A stretch of 64,000 bases of DNA from Squalus acanthias (Eukaryota). Below are positions 47,062 through 59,834 of the stretch, piece by piece. The DNA is taken from NCBI GenBank assembly GCA_030390025.1, contig CM059432.1, positions 21,392,001 through 21,456,000 on the forward strand, in the 5' to 3' direction. Position 1 is the first letter of the stretch. Each line of letters starts with the position of its first letter. The translations under genes were made by a program, and so were the position numbers. The notes beneath the pieces are model-generated. The model had not been told where the DNA came from and searched no databases. It saw only the letters and a list, made by a program, of their open reading frames with translations.

Positions 47062-50000
47062 GAAGTAAAGATTTGAGTATAAGGATCTCTGATAAGAATT
47101 GTAAGCTTTTAGGTCTTGGAATTGTTAAAGTTGCGATTGAATCACCAGCTGTAAACTACATGTTAGTTCTTTAATAAATCTATATTTTTTTAGAATTGTC
47201 TCACATAGTACTTCTGTATCAAAGTCGCAAACTCAATCTCTGTACACTCTTTGGTGAGGAGTTGCAGAATTCTGAAGGAGTTTTCCGGGCCCTCATAATA
47301 TCCGGAAGGTTACAGTCTAGCTAAACTTATTAAAAGTGCTATCTGGAGGACGGTAACATCTTCAGGTCATTCCTTTCCTTTAGGGAGAGATAGTCTGGAC
47401 CTTTAGACCCAATTAAGCGTCTTTAGGATCCGGCTACCTCTAACTTTAGTTGAAGGTGAACGTCTGGGGAATACGCCTGATCCGGGGTAGCCCGAAAAGG
47501 GCTAGGACTAGTGATAATCATTTCAGCATCAAGTTCAATCTGTGTTCCAAATTCAGTAAGCAACAGCTTCTGAGCTTGGAAAGTGAACAGCTGTGAGATG
47601 TGAGCTTTTATAGCACATTTCAAGCTGTCATGTAATGAGCTGATTCCATGGTCATACAATTCCCAACCTGCTTACCTACATGATCCCCAAACAGCGTGGA
47701 CCCTGTGGGTGACCTCGTAAAATGTGAAGGTGAGCTCAAAATGCTTCTTAATGGGCTGTTAACAAGGTCAGAGTTACTTGAATTGCCTCCCCTGCCGCTG
47801 CGTGTCGCGTCTGTTCAGCGCTGACAGACCCAACATCTGGGAAAGGCGCGTGGTGGCGGGTTTTCAGTGGGGTCCCGACCCGCTGTCAAAAAAAAATTTC
47901 CCACCTGACCCGCCACCGAACGCGCCCGCTGATCCTCCGAAAAATTTCCCCCAGGGAATCTCGTTCTGCTTCCCATCATAGTCAGTTCGGGCTTTCAGGC
48001 ACCACTTGCACTCTTTTAACAATAGTGCGAAGGCAAAGCCGTTTTGCTAAAATTGTGATGCGAATAAATGCACTGTTATGCAGATCTCAGTGTGGGCCTT
48101 TAGTAGTCAGACAAAAAGAGATGCTGAAATTTTAACCGTAATCTGAAAGAAGAGCTGATCTCAAGTCCTACAAACATGTCGAAGCCCTATTCAGTAATTA
48201 GACACCTAACATTTGATGCTTATATACTGAAGTCTATCATAGTAACTGTTGAACGCCCACTTGTGCACTCTCACTGTCATTGCTATGGGCAACATTGACA
48301 GGTGGCCTTTCAGGCTGAAGTATGTGAAAAATCAACTAATTATTTTCTACAGTTAATTGCTAAAATGGTGGGTCACTTAACGAAGCCATTTTTAAAAAAT
48401 AAGTAAATTACTGTATAATTAACCACTTGACTATGCAACTGTGCCACATTCATTATTTCCTTTTTCTAAAGCTGGAAACAATTTGTTTTGATTTTTGGCA
48501 TCTCTTAGTTACATCTAACCTCGTTCAAATACTGTTATAAATTGGGGCATGAGACATCACGCACGGAATGAGAAACAACCATTTAGCCCATCAAACCCAC
48601 TCTTTCCAAATCTACCCACACTCAACCTGCTTTTGGCCCCGATATTAATTGAGAGACGCTCTGGGAGCAGTGTGGGGAGGGGGAGATGGGGGCGGTCCGA
48701 TACTGTGGGACTGGAGTCACATGCAGGCCAGACTGGGCAGAGCTGGCAGGTTCCCTTACTGAAGGGCATGAGTGAACCAATTGGGTTTAAACAATAATCC
48801 ACAGTTTTCATCATCATCATTTTCTGGTACTAGCCCAGAAATTGCCAGATTTTTCGAATTCATTAGCTGTGAACCACTTTGTGATGCCCTGGGTATGTGC
48901 CATATAAACGCAAGTTCTTCAATCCATGGACTCTACCCCACCCAGTAATCTTCTGAAGTGAAAATCACAAAGTTAAACATTTTGTTCGAAGAAGGAATTT
49001 TTTTTCCTAATTTTAAATTATAGCCTGGAAACTACTGTTGGTGATGTTATCGTATGAGCGCTTCAAATACTCGTATCAAATTCACGTCTCTGCTATTTTA
49101 ATTAACTTATTAATTCTCAAATGGCTAAATCGCCTGGAAAGGGAAATTTGAGAGGAGTGCTCCAAGTGTTTGTAAGATAACACTGGTAACCTTCAACACA
49201 AAATCCTGGGTTTTTGAAAAATTGATGGCAAATTGTATTTTTTATTAGTGATTAGCTCAATTTATTTTGCAAATCATTTAGACGTTCACTATCTAGATTC
49301 ACACAGGAAGAGTGTCTAATGAGATTTGCAAGAGTAGTGTTGGCACCCAGCATGAGTTAATACCTCTGGGGAGAAAAACAAATGTATGCTGAAAGGTTAA
49401 GATTCACACTGCAGTGCAGTGGAATTCTGCTCTATACCATAGATTAGGCCGGTGGGTGGGAAAGGAAAAGCTTATTTGTATATAACAGGACTGGCCGCAT
49501 CGATATTTATTTTGCCACTTGATAACCATTTGCATGCTTTAGGGATTTGATCCAAAAGTAACCTTTTTAAAAATCAATTTTGACTATCACTTAAAGGGAT
49601 ACGCTAAGCAAACTACTGCTGTGCTGTGAACCATGACACTCGAGAGACTCTAGTGCAGGAAAATAACTTGTTAACAGTACAGATGGATGAAGATAGGCGT
49701 TAGATCAATAGAAACATTCAAAGAGAATTATTCAGACTGCACTGACATTTGTCAATAGGCTCTTTTCAATAACTATTCCGTAAATATCTTTTTTACAGAA
49801 CGTTTTGCAGTAAAATTGCCTTCATTACAATTTTTCCTGTCATGGTGACCACGTACGATGTCATGTAAAGATAACGTTAGCACTTTAAACTTAACCCACC
49901 CGTCGGGCAACTGACGGTATCGGGTGGAACGCTGGTTTCACACCCCGCCCGATCATACTCACCATTGAAGTAAACCTAATTCCCCGATCCCATGGGTTTC

Positions 50001-50221
50001 CCGCCCGGCACGTTTAGGTTAAAATGACCCCAAGATTCTCAATGGTATTACAAGAGTATCAAATCTGGAACAGTTTTTGTTTGCTCTGATGCAAAGTAAC
50101 ATCAGGTGAAGTTCAAAGGAGGTTTTTGCAGACAGTCTGCAATAATGCACCAACAAACTGACAGGTTAGGGAAGTTAACTATTAATGATAGGAAAACATA
50201 TAAAGTGCTCCGACCACATTT

Positions 50222-50562
50222 ACATAAGAACATAAGAACATAAGAAATAGGAGCAGGAGTAGGCCAATTGGCCCCTCGAGCCTGCTCCGCCATTCAATAA
50301 GATCATGGCTGATCTGATCCTAACCGCCAATCTACTATCACAGAACCATCTTCTGAACCCAACAGAATTGGACACACGAAATAGGAGCAGGATCAGGCTA
50401 CACGGCCCCTAGGCCCGCTACGCTACCCACAGGGCCATGACCGATCCGAACCTAGACTCATGTCCAAATTCCTGCCCGCTCCCCGTAACCCTTAATTCCC
50501 TTTACTTCTAGGAAACTGTCTATTTCTGTTTTAAATTTATGTAATGATGTAGCTTCTACAGC
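50222..50562 (-). mobile_element. CR1 3' end with a duplicated, diverged 3' UTR
   Basis: (acataaga)n tail; second degenerate AAATAGGAGCAGGA unit near 50378. Confidence 0.8.
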
Positions 50563-51557
50563 TACAGAAAACGCTGGAAAAACTCAGCAGGCCAGGCAAC
50601 ATCCGTGGAGAGAGAAACAGAGTTAACGTTTCAGGTCGAAACCCTTCGTCGGAACTGAGAGAAAAGCAAGAAATTAAACAGATAAAAATGCAAGGGGGAG
50701 GCTGGGGGGAGGAATAAAAGAACAAAAGGGTTGGTCTATGGTAAGTAGAGACATTAAGAGATGCTCAAGGCAAGACGAGATGGTAATGGGACAGGTTAAG
50801 TAACAAAAGCTGAGGTGTGAAAAGCTGGCAGAATGAGACAGCTGCCGTATGGGGAGAGAGAGAAAGAAAAAAAAAGGAAAAAGGCAAGGACCAAAAGGGG
50901 TGGATAAAATGTATATATATGTGGGAGGGGCCGACGTTATGATCTGAAATTGTTGAACTCGATATTGAGTCCGGAAGGCTGTAATGTGCCTAAACGAAAG
51001 ATGAGGTGCTGTTCCTCGAGCTTACGCTGAGCTTCCGTGGAACAATGCACGAGGCCGAGGACGGTGAGGTCTGAGTGGGCGTGGAGGGGTGAATTAAAAT
51101 GACAAGCGACCGGAAGCTCGGGGTCATCCTTACGGACTGAACGGAGGTGTTCTGCAAAGCGGTCACCCAATCTGCGTTTGGTCTCCCCAATGTAGAGGAG
51201 ACCACATCGTGAGCAGCAAATACAGTATACTAGATTGCAAGAAGTACAAGTAAATCGCTGTTTCACCTGGAAGGGGTGTTTGGGGCCCTGGAGAGTGGGA
51301 AGGGGGGATGTATAAGGGCATGTGTTGCATCTCCTGCGCTTGCACGGGAAGGTGCCGGGTGAAGGGGAAGGGGTGCTGGGGGTGATAGAGGAGTGGACTA
51401 GGGTGTCTCGGAGGGAGCGGTCCCTACGGAATGCTGAAAGGGGAGGTGAGGGGAAGATACGTTTGGTGGTGGGATCACGTTGGAGGTGGCGGAAATGGCG
51501 GAGGATGATCCGTTGAATGTGGAGGCTGGTGGGGTGAAAGGTGAGGACAAGGGGAAC
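50563..51557 (-). mobile_element. Penelope-like element, 5'-truncated
   Basis: GIY-YIG ORF 50937-51557 nearly identical to 32725-33345; hammerhead variant at 50621-50656. Confidence 0.93.
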
Positions 51558-51967
51558 TTTTGGGGGCAGCTGCAAGTAGTTCGGGCCACTAAATCACAGG
51601 AAGGATTGCTATGGAGAGATTTGAGACTTCTTACAGAAGGGTCAAAGAAGTTGGTTTTGTTTTCTTTAGTAAAGAGGAGACTTTGAAAAGGAAATTACGC
51701 TCCTGGATGCAGATATTAGATTAGATAGATCTCAAAAATATCCACAGTTTAAATAGTGCACAGTGCAGCCTGTATCTTGCTAGGAGAGAGGTGAAATCAT
51801 GCACATTTTATTGAACTGGGCATGGGACATGTGAGTCTTTGCCTCCAAGTATAGTATTATGGCTCAAGAGAAGAGCTCAAAGGTATTGATTAGAGGATAC
51901 AAGCGGCATCTGTCCCAATTCTTGGAGGTGGATGTAACTCTCGCTTGGACACAGTCCTTCAGTAAGT

Positions 51968-52355
51968 ACTGAATACGCACTAGATAAAGGTTGAGAGGAG
52001 ATTTGATAGAGGTGTTCAAAATCATGAGGGGTCTAGACAGAGTAGATAGAGAGAAACTGTTCCCATTGGCGGAAGGGTCGAGAACCAGAGGACACAGATT
52101 CAAGGTGATTGGCAAAAGAACCAAAGGTGACATGAGGAAAAACTTTTTATGCAGCGAGTGGTTAGGATCTGGAATGCACTACCTGAAAAGCTGGTGGAGG
52201 CAGACTCAATCATGGCTTTCAAAAGGGAATTAGATAAGTACCTGAAGGAAATAAAAAATGCAGGGCGGAAGAGTGGGACTAGCTGAAGTGCTCTTGCAGA
52301 GAGCCGGCACGGGCTCGACGGGCCGAATGGCCTCCTTCTGTGCTGTAACCATTCT
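51968..52355 (+). mobile_element. CR1 3' end
   Basis: RGDLIEVFKIMRGLDRVDREKLFPL. Confidence 0.88.
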
Positions 52356-52371
52356 AAATACTGAGTACTGA

Positions 52372-52511
52372 GGGGAGTGAATTTCTGTGGGGGGGGGGGG
52401 TGGGGGCGGTGGTATCTCTCACTTTTTCACTGGAACTTCAGTGGAAGAGCCACGGAAATCTCAGAAAAATGATGTAGACAGTAGACAGAGCCCCCATGGA
52501 GATTCATCCCC
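52372..52511. mobile_element. Short Harbinger-type MITE
   Basis: GGGGAGTGAATTTC / GAGATTCATCCCC flanked by TGA on both sides. Confidence 0.55.
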
Positions 52512-52865
52512 TGAATACTTCCCAATACTTAATAGTTACCCAGTACTGGTAAGGTCTTGAGCAGGTAGTTGAGATAGGAAGCACCTTACCTGTGTGGAAA
52601 AAAATCCCAGTGATAGGTCTACCCATCCAGGTTCTTATATGCCGAAAAACTGCAACAGCTTTTTCCTATTATTCCTAAAGAAATAACAAACTGTATCTGG
52701 AATCTTTCTCATACCTTTGACCAGCATAATAGTTTCTATCTCCTCCATGTGTTTTTCTTATAGGATGGCAGCCCCATGTTTATTCTGCAAAATGCTATTT
52801 TATTATCTATTTCAGGATTTTTCAATGGAAAGGTTTTATTTCCTGGTCCTTTAAGTGTTCTTTGC

Positions 52866-53992
52866 ATTATTAGCTAAAATTCAAGCTCATGGAATTGAAG
52901 GCAAATTATTGACCCAGTTAGGAGAATGGTTACACGGTAGAAGACAGAGAGTACGGATAATGGGTATGTACTCGAATTGGAAGATAGTGACTAGTGGTGT
53001 CCCACAAGGATCTGTGCTGGGGCCTCAACTATTGACTATATTTATTAATGACTTGGATAACACAATATAGAGCCATAAATCCAAGTTTGACGATGACACA
53101 AAGATTGGTGGTATAGTAAATAATGTAGACGAAAGCATAAAATTACAAAGAGACGTTGACAGATTAAGCGAGTGGGCAAAACTGTGGTAGATGGATTTCA
53201 ACACTGCTAAGTATGAAGTCATCCCTTTTGGACCAGAAAAGGATAGATCCAAGTATTATTTAAAAGGTGAAAAGCTAGGAACAGTGGAGGTCCCAAGCGA
53301 TTTAGGGATCCATGTACACAGATCACTAAAATGTAGTAGTTACAAAAAATAATCAAAATGCTAATGGAATGTTAGCCTTTATAACTAGAGGGCTAGAATA
53401 TAAAGGGGAGGAAGTTTTGCTACAGCTATACAAAGCCCTGGTTAGACCATATCTGGAGCACTGTGTACAGTTCTAGGCACTGCACCTTAGAACGGATATA
53501 TTGGCCTTGTCAGGAGTGCAGCGCAGATTCACCAGAATGTTACCAGGGCTCCAAGGATTAGATTATGAGGAGAGCTTACATAAACTAGTTTTATATCCCT
53601 GGAATATAGAAGGTTAAGGGGTGCTTTGATTGAGGTTTTTAGGATTTTGAAAGGAATTGATAGGGTAGATAGAGAGAAACTATTTCCGCTGGTGGGGGAA
53701 TCTAGGACAAGGGACATAACCTTAAAACAAGAGCCAGGCCATTTAGGAGCGAAATTAGGAAACGCTTCTTCACGCAAAGGGTGGTAGAAGTGTGGCACTC
53801 TCTCCCACAAAATGCAGTCATTACTACCTCAACTAATAATTTTAGATCTGAGATTGATGGATTTTTGATAGACAAGGGTAAGGGATATGGAACCGGGTGG
53901 ATGGAGTTAAGATACAGCTCAGCCATGATTTAATTGAATGGCAGAACAGGCTCGAGGAGCTGAATGGCCTACTCCTCTTCCTACGTTCCTAT
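52866..53992 (+). mobile_element. Degraded CR1 RT and 3' end
   Basis: [11 protein letters not shown]; several stops; 3' UTR tail. Confidence 0.9.
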
Positions 53993-54930
53993 TGTCTGCC
54001 AGTTTATATTGATGCATTCAGCAGCACTTTCTAAATTTTCTTTTCAAAGCAAATAAACTGACTTACCATGACAATCTCACCCATATTATTTTATTTCTTG
54101 CATCATAAAGATTTTCCTGCATGTTCCTTTTTATTGTCTCATTCAAATGCTGCTGATGCAATGTGTAGTGTTGTTCAAATAGTTCATGATTTCTCAAACT
54201 ACAAGATGGCTCACTCATATGACCGACACAAAAGCTACCTCCAAAAGAGGGCTGAAATAATACTTAACACCCCTTCCAGCAACCTCACAGTGGCATCGCT
54301 TCCTAATATAAATATAAACCTTTCTCTTTATTTTCACCTTCGCCACCTGGGTGATAAAAATGACTGTGGCACAAATTTATTTGCTGGCAACTGAGTTGGC
54401 CAGAAAAATATTGCATAACAAAGCCATGGTTAAAGATTGGGAAAGAATAAAAACAATTCCTGTAACTTGCATGGAATTGTGAAGGAGTGTACTATCTGCG
54501 TTTTTAACAGGAACTAGTGTAGATGTTATATATCAGTCTATAGCATATTAAAATAAAACTCCCATTCCTGTCAGGAGCTACCTGTCCCCGTCAAACCTCA
54601 AATCAGAAATGCGTATTGTGTACAATATGGATGGAGATCTGACAGAAGTGATCACCACCTTTACTTCTGGTTGGTTACGCCAAAATTACACTTAGTTATG
54701 GGATATTAACGACAGAAAAATCTAAGCTCTAGTGTCAGCATTAGGCGCTCGCAGGTCAAGTATAGCGTGGCTAGTTGGTGAGTAAAGCTCTGCCCTATCG
54801 ATATACTTCAGGTCCAACCACAGCTGAGCACCCCTCCTGCTTATGTGTAGAATTTTGTAGACTCAATGCAAGAACATATTGATATTGTATTATAAATCTT
54901 CCATCTGCAAGTGCTTCCTATTAACTTCCC

Positions 54931-55096
54931 ATTATAAATTCCAATGTCCATATTTATCATAGAAACTGCCTATGTAAACGGGTCACATTGTAATTACGCA
55001 CTCTTGTCAGTGCTGACACTGGTGGGAGGGTGTAATTATAATTACATGTTTACATAGACAGGTTCCATTACAAATGTGAACAAAGGAATTTATAAT
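54931..55096. repeat. 166-bp imperfect palindrome (long hairpin)
   Basis: ATTATAAATTCC/GGAATTTATAAT; GAAACTGCCTATGTAAAC/GTTTACATAGACAGGTTC; ATTGTAATTAC/GTAATTATAAT. Confidence 0.85.
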
Positions 55097-55425
55097 AAAA
55101 ATAAGGACAGAACGTATGATTTTAAAATGGGGACTGAATTCCAACTAGACCAAAGGTATTCCCTACTGTATGCGACACCATGCTTAGCTATCTGTGCCTG
55201 CCTGAGATGTGTCTTTCAGATCGGCAATTTAGATTATTGATTGGAATGTGAAATGCTACATTCCAACTTGTCTGCATTTTAATACTACTATTATTTTCTC
55301 ACTGTGTGTTATTCTATTCAATAAAGGCTGGTAAGCATTTGCGGCCTTGGGATTTTTGGTATTATATTTTTCTCATGAATAGCTATCCTTTGTCAAGTCC
55401 AAAACCATACAAGAGAACAAATAAG

Positions 55426-56138
55426 GGCCTGGAGTTTCCGCTTTGGGCTCAATCGGCGATCCGTGCGCAAATTGCGCTAGTTTTGAGAATGTTTTTTGTT
55501 CTCCAGTTTCTGCTCAAACTCATTTGTATATCACTGAATGTAAAATCTGGCATGAACCAGTCTAATCAGGCAGCGCTTTAGTATGTAGTTTAAAAAAAAT
55601 ATATAGTTTTGCTTTAAAAATTATTCCTTGATATATTTAAGAGTGGTAACTTGGTGCAGTTTGATTAATATAGATGAAAATGGATTGATCACCAAAAGGA
55701 TAAGCATTTTTAATCAGTGTGTCTAGTCCACCACCTGCGAGTAACCCGATCTTAAATAACTGAAAATGATTTTAAAAAACTAGACGGAATCATTTACGAG
55801 TTATATTGGTGTACAGTAATTAGTTTCATAGTAAATTAAAACAAAAAATTCAAAAGCTTTTAAAATGTTTCTATTAGTGTCCTTGTGCCTAAAAAATTCA
55901 GCTTACTTTTTGCAATTAGTGGAAACTCCCACTGGTGATTAATTTGATCTGGGGGCACGGCCAGTTTTGTGGGTGGGGCGGGCTTCTAGCGCGATGTTTT
56001 TTAAACTAGTGCAAAAGATCGCGGAAACTCTATTTGTGCTGAACGTAATTTGCGCTTAAAATTTTGCGATCTTTTGCGCTGGTTTGGCTGATTTGGGGCG
56101 TTGGATAAACCAACGCAACCCAGCAGAAACTCCTGCCC
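55426..56138. mobile_element. 713-bp MITE, paralog of 7178-7894
   Basis: TIR GGCCTGGAGTTTC / GAAACTCCTGCCC; TSD AAG. Confidence 0.85.
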
Positions 56139-57489
56139 AAGAAAACTAAAAATGCTTGAAACAAGAAAAGGTCAGTTGAGCCGATTAAGACCGCTCCTTC
56201 TACCTTGATTATGGAATCCCTTCACCAAAGATTTCCATACTTTCTAAGTCCCATGTTAATCAAACAGATCTACAGTCTACTACTAATTCAAAGTTGCTTA
56301 ATTCAAATCATTTGATAATCCATTTTAGTGCTAAATTCCCACTTTATTGTGTTACTTCATTGTGTAATTCAGTTTATTGTATAAATTTGTTTTGTACAAA
56401 AACATCTTCATATTATCAGAATGTAGGCTGTACTAATATCTTGATAACCCTCAATATCCTTTCTTGACAGGGGTTAATCCAGTTCCTTTTTGAAGCTACC
56501 TATGCTGGTAGCGTATTCCAGATCATGAAAATTCATAGAACACTTAACTAGTAGTGTCTCCACATCATGGAACATCAAATTAAATGGGGGAAAAAAAACT
56601 TAATTCAAAAAACTTTTGTGACAAATTCTGTGAGGCTCTGTTCCAAATTTTCCAGCCAAGACATTAACATTAACAAAAATTGACTGCAAAATCAGAAGTG
56701 CTGCAAATTGCTAAGCTCCGCGTTCCAATTCTACAATTCACCCTCCCTTCAAGCAAGGAGCAGAGCCTTGCAAAATTTACTCTGTGTGGTTTATGTTTTA
56801 GAAACTTTCAGAAAGCCCACTCAAAAACCAGACTGTCTGATGCAAAATTGGACAGAGGACAACCATCACACCAGATTTTGTAGAGCATTGAGCATATCAG
56901 TAATGTCACTAACTTCCAACAATGTGCAGGCCAGGGCACACAAATATGTTACATTCTGGAGGGTTGCGCTAGAGAGAAGCTCCAAGGGAGAGGCTGTTTG
57001 AGATTCACGTCCCATTTCATCTTTATGACACTGTAACAGCATCTATTAACAAATTCTTTAAGCACAATGCGGCACTCAGTCAGGCACGAGAAATGCATTT
57101 TTGAGAACAATTCATAACACTTCATAATGTTCAAGGCTGTGTAAGGAAAATAGAAACTGTGAAATTAAAATTATCGGAATCTTGTACATATTCATCTCTG
57201 TTGAAAGCACACAGCCTGGCAACGCATGAATTTCAGATTTAATTTCTGGTCCACCATTTATATACATCCCATGGAGCTGCAGAATTACTAGATGATTTGT
57301 TTAGTCTGTATTTCCTTCCCAGTGTCCTCCTGAGGTTTTCAATGGCATTTAGCTTGCAGCGTCTCGCTCTTCTTTTTGGCCCTTGTTAATTAAATACTGC
57401 TATGCCAGGGCCTCTCGGTCCTAAACAGAATTATACTGAAGTGTTTCTACGTATAAAGCTGTACTTTTAAACATCTTCCTGTATATGTT

Positions 57490-57670
57490 CCTGTGGACGT
57501 CCCAATGCGCTTTACAGCCAATGAAGTACTTTTGAAGTGTAGTTGCTGTTGTAATGTAGGAAACGCAGCAGCTAATTTGTGCACAGCAAGGTCCCACAAA
57601 CAGCAATGAGATAATGACCAGATGATCTGTTTTTAGATGTTGGCTGAGGGATAAATATTGGCCAGGACAC
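57490..57670 (-). mobile_element. Deu-domain SINE fragment
   Basis: Reverse complement similar to 14330-14520. Confidence 0.7.
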
Positions 57671-58069
57671 TTGCCAGTATTTTCAAGCACCCAACAGAAA
57701 AGTAAAAAAACATAAAAGTTGAAATTATTCTGAATGGTATTTGCAACAAAAAAAACCAACCATGTATTTGTATCAAGTTCCCTTGTGAGCTCGTGTATCA
57801 CATTTCTTAATATGTTTAAAGTGAGCAGGTTAATAGATCCAGTAAGATAGAACACAGAAGAATTTCATACATGCCCTAAAGCATTTTATGTTAATACTGC
57901 TAAAAAACCTTTTCAACTGCATTATTTCAGGCAATAATTAAAGATATGAGCCTAAATTTTCCCTCATTCAGCTACCACACCTTAAGTATGGCAGCTTAGG
58001 ACTGCCACCTGCTAGTTGTGATCCTGATCCTCTCCCAGTTCCTGGGTTTCCTTGCATGTAAATATGCAA

Positions 58070-58880
58070 ATGTGAAGTTATCCACTTTGGTAGGAAAAAT
58101 AGAAAAGCAGAGTATTTTTTAAATGGTGAGAGATTGGGAAATGTTGGTGTTCAGAGGGACCTGGGTGTCCTTGTACACGAATCACTGAAAGTAAACATGC
58201 AGGTACAGCAAGCAATTAGGAAAGCAAATGGTATGTTGGCCTTTATTACAAGAGGATTTGAGTATAAGAGTAAAGAACGTCTTACTGCAATTATATAGGG
58301 CCCTGGTGAGACCACACCTGGAGTATTGCGTACAGTTTTGGTCTCCTTGCCTAAGGAAGGATATACTTGCCATTGAGGGAGTGCAACAAAGGTTCACCAG
58401 ACTGGTTCCTGGGATGGGGGATTGTCCTATGAGGAGAGATTGAGTAGACTAGGCTTATATTCTCTAGAGTTTAGGAGAATGAGAGGTGATCTCATTGAAA
58501 CATACAAAATTCTTACAGGGCTTGACAGGGTAGATGCACGGAGGATGCTTTCCCTGGCTGGGGAGTCTAGAAACAGGGGTCACAGTCTCAGAATAAGGGG
58601 TCGGCCATTTAGGACTGAGATCAGGAGAAAATTCTTCACTCAGAGGGTGGTGAATCTTTGGAATTCTCTACCCCAGAGGGCTGTGGAGGCTCAGTCGTTG
58701 AATATATTCAAGACAGAGATCGATAGATTTTTGAATATTAAGGGAATCAAGGGATATGGGGATAGTGCAGGAAAGTGGAGATGAGGTAGAAGATCAGCCA
58801 TAATCTTATTGAATGGTGGAGCAAGCTCGAAGGGCCAAATGGCCGACTCCTGCTCCTGTTTCTTATGTTCTTATGTTCTT
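58070..58880 (+). mobile_element. CR1 3' end
   Basis: LYRALVRPHLEYCVQFWSP; (ttcttatg)n tail. Confidence 0.93.
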
Positions 58881-59216
58881 AAGTTCGGTGGGCACCCAAG
58901 CTACTTACGGTGCAGCTGGAGTGTCTGCCTCAGGTGGGAGATTGGAAATTTGGCTACAGCATCTTGCCACATCATTAGTGAGCCCCATGACTACACAGAC
59001 ATCCCTTGTGCCCTGTGTTAATAGAGCTAGAATGGCATATATTACTCTGTGTAATGTAATTTCCTCATTTGTATGGTATTATAATATGCCCACCCATAAG
59101 TGCTTGCTCCCACCATTAGCTGGAAATCCTGAAGAGCAGAAAAAGAGGCAACATTAGTCAGAAGGCCCCCAAGCCCATTGAACCTGTTGATGAGGAACAT
59201 AACATTTAGTACTCAC

Positions 59217-59279
59217 TCTTTGCGTCCTCTTTGGTTCCTGACGCAAGCTCACCACCTGTTTCTTGGTACACTTCTGTAT
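59217..59279 (-). other. Candidate 63-nt internal exon of an unidentified transcript
   Basis: ctcttccctttatatttcag acceptor and gtgagt donor; two open frames; in non-repetitive-looking DNA. Confidence 0.3.
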
Positions 59280-59834
59280 CTGAAATATAAAGGGAAGAGT
59301 TTGGGAATGCCTCCTCCATCTTAATGCTACAGCTCCACCTATCGGGGACTGCCCTGAAAATCCTGGGGTAAAGTTATGGTGGGGAAGATCCAACATAAAG
59401 GATATTTGACCCCTTTTTTATTACCTTCATGCCTGGAAAATGGGCATTACTCAAGGAAACAAGTCACAGAAATCAGCCTCGGTATCTCTTATAACTGGTT
59501 TGGGTGTCAGCCATTCCCAGGTTGTCCATTAAAAAGGATCTTTCTCCATGCAAGTGCAGCTGCCACTTCCAGTAAAGTCCACAGACATCTCTCAGCCTGT
59601 CTACCTGTGTCTGACCAAAGTGTCAAGTTGACCAAATTGAGTAGAATGACACCTAAGCAGAAAGGTGTCAAAAAATTCATCTTAATAGCAATGCATCTGA
59701 AATTACCCTTTTGAATTCCAGACTGTAATGATGATGTCTGACCTCAGCCCTGTGTGCACTGTGACCAACAAGAAAGAATACAAACCAATTCAACACAAAA
59801 CAAAAGTGATTCAGTATCGCTGAAGGGATAATTA

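Larger units (their letters stand above)
43631..47511 (+). mobile_element. Unclassified ~1.4-kb non-coding element (copy 1), interrupted twice
   Basis: After removing 44164-44937 and 45374-47061 it is collinear with the reverse complement of 59835-61208; starts TGT, ends hairpin + CTAG. Confidence 0.8.
41441..47952 (+). mobile_element. Non-autonomous Harbinger (family of 12385-14158) hosting several nested insertions
   Basis: Ends GGGCTGGATTTT / AAAATTTCCCCC; TSD AGG; Myb remnant ~41625-41785; remaining pieces collinear with 12385-14158. Confidence 0.85.

Noticed and set aside
49400..49880. Conserved enhancer (octamer ATTTGCAT and GATA-like motifs)
   Set aside because: Short motifs alone are not evidence; a cross-species alignment is needed.
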